Of a stretch of DNA of 64,000 nucleotides, positions 49,950 through 58,437 are shown in pieces. Source of the stretch: a virus (Duplodnaviria > Heunggongvirae > Uroviricota > Caudoviricetes); IMG/VR virus record IMGVR_UViG_3300023707_000001. One strand, given 5' to 3'. The position numbers and the translations under genes are program-made. A model generated the notes under the pieces. It saw only the letters and a program-made list of their open reading frames with translations. It did no database searches and had not been told where the DNA came from. Positions within the stretch are counted from its first letter, which is position 1. The number at the start of each line of letters is the position of its first letter.

Positions 49950-51410
49950 ATGGCTGAAATACCTGAGTATAACAGAATCGATTACAAGAATGATTCCAGA
50001 ATTGTAATATATGCAAAGTCGGAAGCAATCAAGAAAGCTGGCGGAGATGTTTATGCGGGCGGAATAAACGCGCCCGCAATTAAGCCAAACAGCAAAATTG
50101 AGACGAAAGAGAAAATTAGCGGGGCTCAAAAATCTGACGGTGTCAAAGCGGTGACTACGCAAAACACGGCGTCTGGGAAATCAAGTGTGGTTTCCAATAG
50201 AAAATCCCAAGAGGAAAAGCTAAAGGCAGCTGAGGCCCGCAAGAAAAAACGGGACAAGGAATATCAGGAAAAAACAGCGCTTGCCAAAAAGAACAGTGAC
50301 AACGCAATCGAAAATGTACAAAAGTACATTGCCGATCAAGTAAAGCAGAGTACGGAAAAGAAAGAGAAAACCGTATCTTCTGCGGAAGCCTTGAAAGATA
50401 TGCAAAGTTCCGTAAAAAATATTTGGCAAGGAATTATTTCCCCTGTAAGCGACTCACTAAACCAAGCGGTCCAAAATGTAAAATCGGATGAGGCCGCCAA
50501 GCAGTTCGTGGACGAAATCCGTAAAGGCGCACAGGGTATCGGAAAGATTGAGGATTTCCTGAAAGGGAAAGATGGTTTTTCCGAGGAAGAGCTCTTAAAG
50601 CTGAGTACAAAAGCCCTTCTTGGATTACAGCAAGATATTCTGAGTCAGAACATGACGCATCAGGCAGTCCTGGATGGTATTGCTAAGCGTATTGCTGAAC
50701 AGGCAGGAAATATCGAAAAGCTGGCCAGTAGTGTAACGGAACAATATCTCCTACAGAAAGCCTACATCAATGCTTATCTGAAAAACACGTTTGGCAATCC
50801 TGAATTCATGGGCAAAGTGTCCAAGGAAATTGAGGGCAAAGTAACAGCCTATATCGATGCCTTGTCCAATGAAAAAATCAACATGGTGAATGAAAAAATC
50901 GACAGTGCAATCGACAATACATTTAGCCGTGTCACAAATACAATAGATACAACGACCAACAGGATAAATACGAAACTGGACGACTTGCTTAAGTTGGATA
51001 TCGTGAATGATATAAACTCCAAGCTCGAAAAGAGTATTTCTCTGGAATCGTTTGAAAAGAGGCTGAATGCAAATCCATTAACGCAAATCTTTGCGCCAAG
51101 CATTATGGCTATTTGTCAGGCTGGCCAGGTATCTGTTCTCAACTCCTTCAAACAGCCGAAGATGCTCGAAGCTATTAAGAAGGTTCAGGATAAGGTCAAG
51201 ATTGTTCAGGATAATCTTAAGAAGGCAAAAGACTTCATTGCCAACAAGACGAAGATGCTTAAAGAGTATGTGGATACGCTTAAGAAGAAGGCAACGGAAG
51301 CAGTTAAACAATTTGCCAACAAGGTTATTTCTGATATTAAGAGCAAGATTTCCGTCGCACTCGGCAATGCCATAAGTGGAGCGGTTTCAGGACTTGCTGC
51401 AGGTTTTTAG
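49950..51410 (+). CDS. Coiled-coil hypothetical protein
   Basis: 486 aa, helical, K/E rich. Confidence 0.55.
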   Translation: MAEIPEYNRIDYKNDSRIVIYAKSEAIKKAGGDVYAGGINAPAIKPNSKIETKEKISGAQKSDGVKAVTTQNTASGKSSVVSNRKSQEEKLKAAEARKKKRDKEYQEKTALAKKNSDNAIENVQKYIADQVKQSTEKKEKTVSSAEALKDMQSSVKNIWQGIISPVSDSLNQAVQNVKSDEAAKQFVDEIRKGAQGIGKIEDFLKGKDGFSEEELLKLSTKALLGLQQDILSQNMTHQAVLDGIAKRIAEQAGNIEKLASSVTEQYLLQKAYINAYLKNTFGNPEFMGKVSKEIEGKVTAYIDALSNEKINMVNEKIDSAIDNTFSRVTNTIDTTTNRINTKLDDLLKLDIVNDINSKLEKSISLESFEKRLNANPLTQIFAPSIMAICQAGQVSVLNSFKQPKMLEAIKKVQDKVKIVQDNLKKAKDFIANKTKMLKEYVDTLKKKATEAVKQFANKVISDIKSKISVALGNAISGAVSGLAAGF

Positions 51411-51413
51411 GGG

Positions 51414-51953
51414 GTGGTGATAAAAGTGATAGATTTAGAAATGACAGAGAACGGCGATATTAACTGGTCCTCCGAACCCAGCATATCGACTTTCCGCTTG
51501 CGCTTTGCGCTGTCAGACTACAAAACGCAGCATATTCATTTCTTGTGTATGCCGACAAGCCGGAGGCAAAATGTTCCGCCAAAGAAAGGGCAGCATATTC
51601 AGTTCCGCTATGTAGAGCATGGTGATGAACTGAAACTGCAGACAGGACTTGTGCAGGAGCAGAAGGAAACACTTCAATCCTTATATATTGCCTTAAGAAC
51701 AGAACTTGGCGACGTAAATGACGATACGGTAGGTTCCGATTTTTATAAGGTGTCACATAAGATAATTACGGAAAGTAATGACCTGACCTATATTCGTGAC
51801 AGGGCGGGGGAAGTCGTGCAGAAATTCTTCCCCGGCACGCTGCTGGAGGCAGAGTATGTTATCTGCCCAGAGGCTGGCAACTTCAAATACCAGTCTGTAA
51901 AATTCACAATAAAAGATAAAAACAATGAGGTTATCGCCTCATTTGTATTCTAA
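51414..51953 (+). CDS. Baseplate wedge protein (gp25/W-like)
   Basis: IDLEMTENGDI..LRTELGD..VGS pattern; baseplate position. Confidence 0.5.
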   Translation: MVIKVIDLEMTENGDINWSSEPSISTFRLRFALSDYKTQHIHFLCMPTSRRQNVPPKKGQHIQFRYVEHGDELKLQTGLVQEQKETLQSLYIALRTELGDVNDDTVGSDFYKVSHKIITESNDLTYIRDRAGEVVQKFFPGTLLEAEYVICPEAGNFKYQSVKFTIKDKNNEVIASFVF

Positions 51954-51980
51954 GGGAGCAAAAAAGCTCCCTATTTTTTT
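51953..51980 (+). terminator. Terminator insulating the NAD island
   Basis: agggagc-aaaaaa-gctccct-attttttt. Confidence 0.75.
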
Positions 51981-52011
51981 AAAAAAAATTGTAAGTAAGG
52001 ACACAAAACCA

Positions 52012-52060
52012 TTGACAAATGTAGTAATGTGTACTATGATTAACGTAGTACAAGATACCA
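52012..52060 (+). promoter_or_regulatory. sigma-A promoter with two NrtR-type operators
   Basis: TTGACA(52012)-17 nt-TATGAT(52035); TAGT-N7-ACTA (52022-52036) and TAGT-N7-ACCA (52046-52060). Confidence 0.8.
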
Positions 52061-52078
52061 CATAGAGAGGTTAAAAAA

Positions 52079-52852
52079 ATGAAACAGTCACAGGAAGAGA
52101 AAGAATTTCTCAAGAGCTACAACGCAGCGCAGTACGAAAGGCCGTCGGTAACGGCAGACGTTGTTATCTTTACTATTGATAAGGATAATGACCTGAGTAT
52201 CCTGCTGATAAAACGCGGTGGCCATCCATACAAAGACCACTGGGCGATACCTGGCGGATTCTTGGAAGCAGGAAAAGAATCTATCGATGAAGCTGCGGCC
52301 CGCGAATTGTATGAGGAAACAGGGATAAAAGTTTCCGACGGTATTGAACTTCGGCAGCTTATCACGATGGGCGAACCGAACCGTGACCCAAGAACACATG
52401 TTGTAAGTGTAGTTTACACAGCATTGGTTCCTAAAGGGCTCTTACATATCAAAGCCGGAGACGATGCGAAAGAAGCACAGCTCTTCAAGATTCGCGATTG
52501 GTTCGACGAAGAGGGGAATATTAAGACTCGTTTTATCGGTGACAAGATTTCCCTTACCATGGACAACCTAGCGTTTGACCATGCCCGTATCGTAGAGGTT
52601 GCAATAGAAAGGCTTCGCGGCAGATTAAGTTACACGAATGATGCTTTTGCAATGCTTAAGGATAAAAAGTGCTTCAGAATTTACGAGCTTAAGAAGATTC
52701 ACGAAGCCATCCTGCAGAAAGTAATCGACCGGGCGAATTTCAGAAAGATGTTTATTCGAAACTTTGTCGATACGGGGAAGGTTCGAGAACTGGATAAAAG
52801 TGAGGTAAAGGGCGCAAAAACAGCAATGTATGCCCTGCTTGATAGTCAATAA
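52079..52852 (+). CDS. nrtR: NrtR: Nudix domain + winged-HTH regulator of NAD metabolism
   Basis: YERPSVTADVVIF, WAIPGGF..AARELYEETG, RDPRTHVVS, LAFDH; C-terminal DRANFRK wHTH. Confidence 0.9.
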   Translation: MKQSQEEKEFLKSYNAAQYERPSVTADVVIFTIDKDNDLSILLIKRGGHPYKDHWAIPGGFLEAGKESIDEAAARELYEETGIKVSDGIELRQLITMGEPNRDPRTHVVSVVYTALVPKGLLHIKAGDDAKEAQLFKIRDWFDEEGNIKTRFIGDKISLTMDNLAFDHARIVEVAIERLRGRLSYTNDAFAMLKDKKCFRIYELKKIHEAILQKVIDRANFRKMFIRNFVDTGKVRELDKSEVKGAKTAMYALLDSQ

Positions 52853-53120
52853 CCCCCGCCTAGCGGCTTTGCGCTTGAGGCGGGAGCTTGCGGAAGCAAG
52901 CTCTGATTGACTAGCCTAAGTCTTAACTGACTACGTTGCTTTCGTTATCTCACCCGTGGGTGTTTATCCTAGCTTACGGCTCTGAGCAGGCTCTGTAAAA
53001 GTTCTGAGAGGTAGGAACGGTCAACCTGAGGACGGTCTGGCGTTAATCCAGACAAGCGATTACAACATTGGCGAAGGGTAGATTACTCTAATTTGAAGCT
53101 TTTGCTTCGGAAAGGAGGTA
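52845..53120 (+). ncRNA. omegaRNA (HEARO-like) scaffold of IscB
   Basis: ~275-nt structured leader with GTCAA..GATTGACTAGCCTAAG..GACTACGTT..AACATTGGCGAAGG elements typical of IscB omegaRNAs. Confidence 0.8.
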
Positions 53121-53126
53121 CACGTT

Positions 53127-54395
53127 ATGTTCGTGTACATCATTAACAAAAACGGACAGCCGCTAATGCCCTGCAAGCCTCAAAAAGCAAGAAAGCTCCT
53201 GAAGGCTGGCAAGGCGGAGGTTGTCAAATATGAGCCATTCACTATCAAGCTGAAATTTGGCTCAGCTGGCTACAAACAGCCGATAACTTTAGGTATTGAC
53301 GCCGGCTCCAAACATATTGGGGCTTCCGTGTCAACAGAAAAACAGGAATTATATGCTTCGGAAACAGTCATGCGTTCTGATGATGGCAAGGCTACTATCG
53401 TGAATCTTATAGCAAAACGCAGAGAGCTTCGACGTAACCGCAGAAACCGTAAGACCCGTTATCGCGAAGCAAGATTCTTAAACCATGTTCATCGCAAGCA
53501 CAAAGGCTGGCTTGCTCCAAGCGTAGAGAACAAAATCCATGTCCACCTAAAGCTGGTGGCGGATATCCACAAGATACTGCCCATCACTAAAGTAGTGGTG
53601 GAAGTTGCCCAGTTCGACATTCAGAAGATTAAGAATCCTGATATTTCCGGTGTCGAATATCAACAAGGTGAACAACTTGGTTGGGCTAACGTCAGGGAAT
53701 ATGTATTATTCCGCGACAATCACGAATGTCAGTGTTGCAAAGGCAGATCTGGAGATCCGATACTGAATGTGCATCACATTGAGTCGCGAAAAACTGGCGG
53801 CAACGCACCAAACAATCTGATAACTCTCTGCGAACATTGCCATCAGAGCTATCACCAAGGCAAAATTTCTTTACCTAAGTCGATACATCGCGGCATGAGT
53901 TTCCGAGATGCAGCTTTCATGGGCATCATGCGATGGGCATTCTACAATAGAATTAAGGCGTTATATCAAGACGTCAAACTAACTTATGGTTACATCACGA
54001 AAAATACTCGCATCAAGAATAACATTGCCAAGACACATACAGCTGACGCTTACTGTATCGCCGGGAACGTCAAAGCTAGACGGCTTAAACATGAGTATTT
54101 ACGTAAGCAAGTTCGCAGGCATAATCGCAAACTACATCGAGAAGTGCCAGCTAAAGGTGGTATTCGTCGATTGGCTCAAGCAGGGCATTTCGTAAGAGGC
54201 TTTTGCTTGAACGATACTGTGATGGCCAAAAATCAGCAGTGGTTTATTCGAGGCATGCGTCAAAAGGGCAGTTTTGTTCTAAGACATCTTGATGGCACAA
54301 AACTGGAAATTGCGCTTTCAAAAATAACATTTTTGAGACATAACAATTCTTATTTAATCGAGAGGAGAGAAGTGGCGCTTACCTCCACCCTGTAG
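53127..54395 (+). CDS. iscB: RNA-guided endonuclease IscB
   Basis: PLMP N-terminus; RuvC-I GIDAGSK; Arg-rich bridge helix; RuvC-II VVEVAQFD; HNH VHHI..NLITLCEHCH; RuvC-III HTADAY. Confidence 0.95.
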   Translation: MFVYIINKNGQPLMPCKPQKARKLLKAGKAEVVKYEPFTIKLKFGSAGYKQPITLGIDAGSKHIGASVSTEKQELYASETVMRSDDGKATIVNLIAKRRELRRNRRNRKTRYREARFLNHVHRKHKGWLAPSVENKIHVHLKLVADIHKILPITKVVVEVAQFDIQKIKNPDISGVEYQQGEQLGWANVREYVLFRDNHECQCCKGRSGDPILNVHHIESRKTGGNAPNNLITLCEHCHQSYHQGKISLPKSIHRGMSFRDAAFMGIMRWAFYNRIKALYQDVKLTYGYITKNTRIKNNIAKTHTADAYCIAGNVKARRLKHEYLRKQVRRHNRKLHREVPAKGGIRRLAQAGHFVRGFCLNDTVMAKNQQWFIRGMRQKGSFVLRHLDGTKLEIALSKITFLRHNNSYLIERREVALTSTL

Positions 54396-54440
54396 AGGGT
54401 GGAGTCCCCGCGCCGCGATTTTAGATGGAGGAAAATAGTC

Positions 54441-54998
54441 ATGGAAAATAAGAAAAAAGTATTAATCGTTGTGGATATGCAGAACGACTTTATCGACGGT
54501 GCGCTTGGAACAAAAGAAGCCCAGGCTATTGTCGACAATGTAGCCAAGAAGGTTGCGGAGGCAAAAAAGAACGACGATGTCGTTGTCTTCACACAGGATA
54601 CGCATACGGAAGACTACCTCAATACGCAGGAGGGTAAGAATCTGCCGGTGCCTCATTGCATTAAAGGAACAGATGGTTGGGAGATAACCAGCAAAATTGA
54701 CATTCCTAAAGAATGCCTGATGTACGAAAAAGGTTCCTTTGGTTCTGGTGAACTTGGCAAAGACCTTTCCGATAGCGAAGGGGAAATCAGTGCAATTGAA
54801 TTCGTTGGGCTCTGCACAGATATCTGCGTACTTTCCAACGTGGTTATCGCAAAGGCTGCGCTGCCAGAAGTCCCCATCACAGTAGATGCGGCATGCTGCG
54901 CGGGCGTAACACCGAAGAGCCACGATGAAGCTCTTGGTGCATTGCAGATGATTCAGGTAAAAGTCGTAAATCAAGGACAGGAACCCTGGAGGGCATAA
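54441..54998 (+). CDS. pncA: Nicotinamidase (isochorismatase family)
   Basis: VVDMQNDF, QDTH, PHCI, K, GLCTDICV; ATG 54441 after GGAGG. Confidence 0.88.
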   Translation: MENKKKVLIVVDMQNDFIDGALGTKEAQAIVDNVAKKVAEAKKNDDVVVFTQDTHTEDYLNTQEGKNLPVPHCIKGTDGWEITSKIDIPKECLMYEKGSFGSGELGKDLSDSEGEISAIEFVGLCTDICVLSNVVIAKAALPEVPITVDAACCAGVTPKSHDEALGALQMIQVKVVNQGQEPWRA

Positions 54999-54999
54999 A

Positions 55000-55527
55000 A
55001 TGCGCGTCGGTATTTTTTTCGGGTGCTTCATCCCGTTACATAAGGGCCATGAAGAAATGATTCGCTTAGCAATGAAGGAAAATGACCACCTGATTCTTGG
55101 TATATGTGGATACGATAACGACCGAGGAAAGGGGTATCTTTCATTCAGAGAACGACTAAGGTTAATGACAAAACTTTTTGGCGACAAGGAAAATGTGACG
55201 CTTGCAGTTGTGGATGATAAGAAAGTCGGGCTCAAGGGAACATTTAGCGTGAACGCCTGGAAGCTTTGGTCGGACGAATTGTTTGAGAATGCCAAATTCA
55301 ATCCGAACGACAAGTCTCACCAGTACACCTGGTATTCTGGTGAGCCGGACTATCTGGAAAAGATACAGGAACTTTACCCGACCCACGAAATAAAACATAT
55401 ACCGAGGACGTTAATTCCTATTTCGGGAACTCAGATTAGAAACAATACAACTAAGTACAGGGAAGATGTTAATCCGCTTTTTGCAGTCTATCTTGCAGAG
55501 CGGGGATTGATGGAGGAAAAATTATGA
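55000..55527 (+). CDS. NMN/NaMN adenylyltransferase (NadM/NadR-N-like)
   Basis: GCFIPLHKGH (HxGH) and ISGTQIR motifs; no kinase domain; inside NAD operon. Confidence 0.75.
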   Translation: MRVGIFFGCFIPLHKGHEEMIRLAMKENDHLILGICGYDNDRGKGYLSFRERLRLMTKLFGDKENVTLAVVDDKKVGLKGTFSVNAWKLWSDELFENAKFNPNDKSHQYTWYSGEPDYLEKIQELYPTHEIKHIPRTLIPISGTQIRNNTTKYREDVNPLFAVYLAERGLMEEKL

Positions 55528-56741
55528 AATTCAAACAGATTATTAACTCACTTCTGGAAACCGACCTTTACAAATTCAGCATGGGGCAGGCTATCTTCCA
55601 CCAGGCCAGCGAATTTGAAACGACCTGGTCATTTAAGTGCCGTAACAAGGATGTGTTCTTCACCCCTGAAATGGTTGAAGAAATCCGCGAACAGATTCGT
55701 GCGTTCTGCAATTTGAGTTTTACAGAAGATGAACTGGATTATCTTGCCAATATCAAATGGCTGAAAAAATCCTACATCAATCACCTCCGCTTGTGGCATC
55801 CGAACTTTGACAATTTCATTATTAAAGCGGGCGGAGAAAAAGGGCTTATCCTTGAAGCAAAAGGAACGCTTCTTGATACCTCCATGTATGAAATTCCGAC
55901 TCTGGCCATTGTCAATGAGGTGTATTTCCGGTTCCGTGACGACTACGCATTGCTCGTTGAAGATTCAAAGGCACGGACAAGAGCAAAGGCAGAAAAGCTC
56001 CAGATGGGGAAATACTGGCTGCCGGTATTCTCTGAATTTGGCCTTCGCCGCCGCCTTTGCGCAGAAGCACAGGAATATGCTGTAGAAACATTCTCGAAAC
56101 TGGATTGTCACGATGTATTGCGTTCGCATTTTGTCGGTACGTCCAATGTTTATCTGGCCAAGAAATATGGTGTAACTCCTGTCGGCACGATGGCGCATGA
56201 ATGGATTATGTGCATGGGACAGGGCAATCATCTTTACAATCCGGCATATTCCAACAAGGTAGCTCTTGAAGCTTGGGTAAGAGAATATGGCGTGGATAAT
56301 GGTATCGCTCTTACTGACACGATTACTACGGACTGCTTCTTGCGTGATTTCGACAAAACACTGGCAACGCTCTTTAGCGGTGTCCGTCACGATTCTGGCG
56401 ATCCGTTTGTGTGGGGCGATAAGATGATTGACCATTACACCCGCCTTGGTATTGACCCTGCAACAAAGACCCTGCTGTTCTCAGATTCTCTTGATTTTGA
56501 GAGAGCTGATAAAATTGCGCGTTATTTCCAGGGTAAGGCAAAAGTAGCTTTTGGTATTGGTACTTATATCTCAAACGATACCTACGCAACGCCGCTAAAC
56601 ATCGTTATGAAGGTTACGGAATGCAACGGAAGCCCGGTGGCCAAAATCTCCGATACGGAAGGTAAGGGAATGTGCAAGAGTCAGGAATATGTTGACTACC
56701 TGCAGCGTTCGATTGACTGGCGTCTGAAAAACAACGATTGA
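55524..56741 (+). CDS. pncB: Nicotinate phosphoribosyltransferase
   Basis: LETDLYKFSM, EFGLRRR, GTSNV, GTMAHEW, GVRHDSGDP, FSDSL, FGIGT, KISD. Confidence 0.92.
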   Translation: MKFKQIINSLLETDLYKFSMGQAIFHQASEFETTWSFKCRNKDVFFTPEMVEEIREQIRAFCNLSFTEDELDYLANIKWLKKSYINHLRLWHPNFDNFIIKAGGEKGLILEAKGTLLDTSMYEIPTLAIVNEVYFRFRDDYALLVEDSKARTRAKAEKLQMGKYWLPVFSEFGLRRRLCAEAQEYAVETFSKLDCHDVLRSHFVGTSNVYLAKKYGVTPVGTMAHEWIMCMGQGNHLYNPAYSNKVALEAWVREYGVDNGIALTDTITTDCFLRDFDKTLATLFSGVRHDSGDPFVWGDKMIDHYTRLGIDPATKTLLFSDSLDFERADKIARYFQGKAKVAFGIGTYISNDTYATPLNIVMKVTECNGSPVAKISDTEGKGMCKSQEYVDYLQRSIDWRLKNND

Positions 56742-56752
56742 GAGGAATAAAT

Positions 56753-57523
56753 ATGTATCCAGAATTTGACGCGGAAAAAGACAAACAAAAAATTATTGAT
56801 TTTATCAGAATGTGGTTTGCGATAAATGCAAGCCTGGACACAAAAGCTGTTATCGGAATTTCAGGCGGCAAGGATTCTTCTATTGCTGCAGCGCTCTGCG
56901 TAGAGGCGCTTGGAAAGGATAGTGTCGTCGGCGTACTTATGCCAAACGGTGTACAGGCAGATATTGACGATGCTCTGGCTTTGGTAAAACACCTTGATAT
57001 CAAATACCGCATTGTAAATATTGAGGCGCCTTACAAGGCTATGCTAAAGGCCATCCAGTACACAGAAACAGCAAGTGACAATAATTTTTACTTTTCCGTG
57101 ACCAGCCAGCTCACGCAAAATCTGGCTCCGAGACTTAGAATGGCAACTCTGTATGCAGTAGCGCAGGGGGTTCATGGCGGCGGCCGTGTAATTAACACCT
57201 GTAACCGTTCGGAAGATTATGTTGGCTATAGCACAAAATTTGGCGATAGCGCCGGCGACATATCTCCTCTTGGAGCATATACGGTTGATGAAATTCTCGC
57301 TATTGGCGATACGCTCGACCTGCCTGAAAAGCTCGTACATAAGGCGCCATCTGATGGCCTTTGCGGTAAGACCGATGAAGATAACCTTGGGTTTACTTAC
57401 GCAGTGCTTGATAAATACATCAAGACGGGAGAGTGTAAAGACGAAGTCACCCAGAAAAAGATTGACGAACTGCACGATAAAAACCTGCATAAACTGAAAC
57501 CACTACCAATGGTTGAGCGGTAA
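56753..57523 (+). CDS. nadE: NH3-dependent NAD+ synthetase
   Basis: GISGGKDS, NLAPRLRM, GYSTKFGD, KAPSDGL..TDEDNLG; no glutaminase domain. Confidence 0.92.
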   Translation: MYPEFDAEKDKQKIIDFIRMWFAINASLDTKAVIGISGGKDSSIAAALCVEALGKDSVVGVLMPNGVQADIDDALALVKHLDIKYRIVNIEAPYKAMLKAIQYTETASDNNFYFSVTSQLTQNLAPRLRMATLYAVAQGVHGGGRVINTCNRSEDYVGYSTKFGDSAGDISPLGAYTVDEILAIGDTLDLPEKLVHKAPSDGLCGKTDEDNLGFTYAVLDKYIKTGECKDEVTQKKIDELHDKNLHKLKPLPMVER

Positions 57524-57526
57524 GAT

Positions 57527-57560
57527 AAAAAGCCTCTATCGAAATGATGGAGGCTTTTGT
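57527..57560 (+). terminator. Terminator closing the NAD island
   Basis: aaaagcctctatc-gaaat-gatggaggctttt. Confidence 0.8.
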
Positions 57561-57642
57561 TTTGTTTCGTGGACTAAGGCGTTATGGGTGGTAATGACTG
57601 CACTAGATTAACTTCGGAAAACAATAAACGGAGAGGAAAACA

Positions 57643-58431
57643 ATGCGCACAGCTGAAGATATAAATTTAAGTATAAGAGAAAATTTTAAGAAAATCACAG
57701 GGCACAAGTACCGGCAGGGAAGTGCGCTTGGATTCATAACCGACGCAGTATCACGCGAAATGGAAAAGGCCCATCTTGAGATTGAGCGAAATAAGAACCC
57801 GCATATCTATACCAATCTTTACGGGGAAGACCTGGATAAGATGGGAACCTTTGTAAATATACCGCGCGAAGCCGGCGAAGACGATATGACCTATCTCTAC
57901 CGGATTATGAACTGGACTTATCTAAAAGCAGGAGCAACAAACATCGCGGTTAACGACTCCTTGCTTAATCTGGAGTATTCGTCCGATGCTCAGTATTATC
58001 CACAGATTCATGGAGCAGGCACGGGTGTTATTTACATCATCCCTATAAAATACGAGGACGATATTATGGCCAAGGCGCTTGCCGAGGTAAAAGACCGTGT
58101 GAAAAATGTTCTGTCCCCAGAATCATATACAGAGTACATCATTCCCACAGCAATCCCTGTTAATCTTATCTGCCACCTTGAGGTGAATGGAGGAGACGTT
58201 GCTTATATCAGGGATAAGATTACAAGTGCCATCAAAGACTACATTAACGGTATCGCACCGAATGATTATCTTTCTGTGGGGGAAATGAACCGTATTGGAC
58301 TTGCGGTTGACAATGTAGATTTCTTCTCTATTGATGGTGTTTACCTTAATGGGGAATACAATACGAACACAAAGATACTGCAAGAGTTGGAAACTAAGAT
58401 GTTGTTCCAGGAAATTAGCTGGGAGGATTAA
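57643..58431 (+). CDS. Baseplate J-like protein
   Basis: GEDLDKMG..IPREAGEDDMTYLYRI, GAT..AV, GAGTGVIYI. Confidence 0.7.
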   Translation: MRTAEDINLSIRENFKKITGHKYRQGSALGFITDAVSREMEKAHLEIERNKNPHIYTNLYGEDLDKMGTFVNIPREAGEDDMTYLYRIMNWTYLKAGATNIAVNDSLLNLEYSSDAQYYPQIHGAGTGVIYIIPIKYEDDIMAKALAEVKDRVKNVLSPESYTEYIIPTAIPVNLICHLEVNGGDVAYIRDKITSAIKDYINGIAPNDYLSVGEMNRIGLAVDNVDFFSIDGVYLNGEYNTNTKILQELETKMLFQEISWED

Positions 58432-58437
58432 TTATAA

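Larger units (their letters stand above)
52845..54424 (+). mobile_element. Non-autonomous IS200/IS605-family IscB (OMEGA) element
   Basis: Starts GTCAA with left hairpin; omegaRNA; iscB; right hairpin ctccaccct-gtag-agggtggag; no tnpA in window. Confidence 0.85.

Noticed and set aside
53127-54395. Cas9 or TnpB call
   Set aside because: 422 aa with PLMP N-terminus, HNH inside split RuvC and upstream omegaRNA identify IscB; no array
54399-54440. Longer pncA start from the ORF track
   Set aside because: The extension begins inside the IS right end; ATG 54441 has the GGAGG RBS
55524-56741. Nampt (NadV), which would make this NARP2
   Set aside because: TDLYKFSM, GTMAHEW and VRHDSGDP motifs and the pncA/nadE context fit nicotinate PRTase PncB
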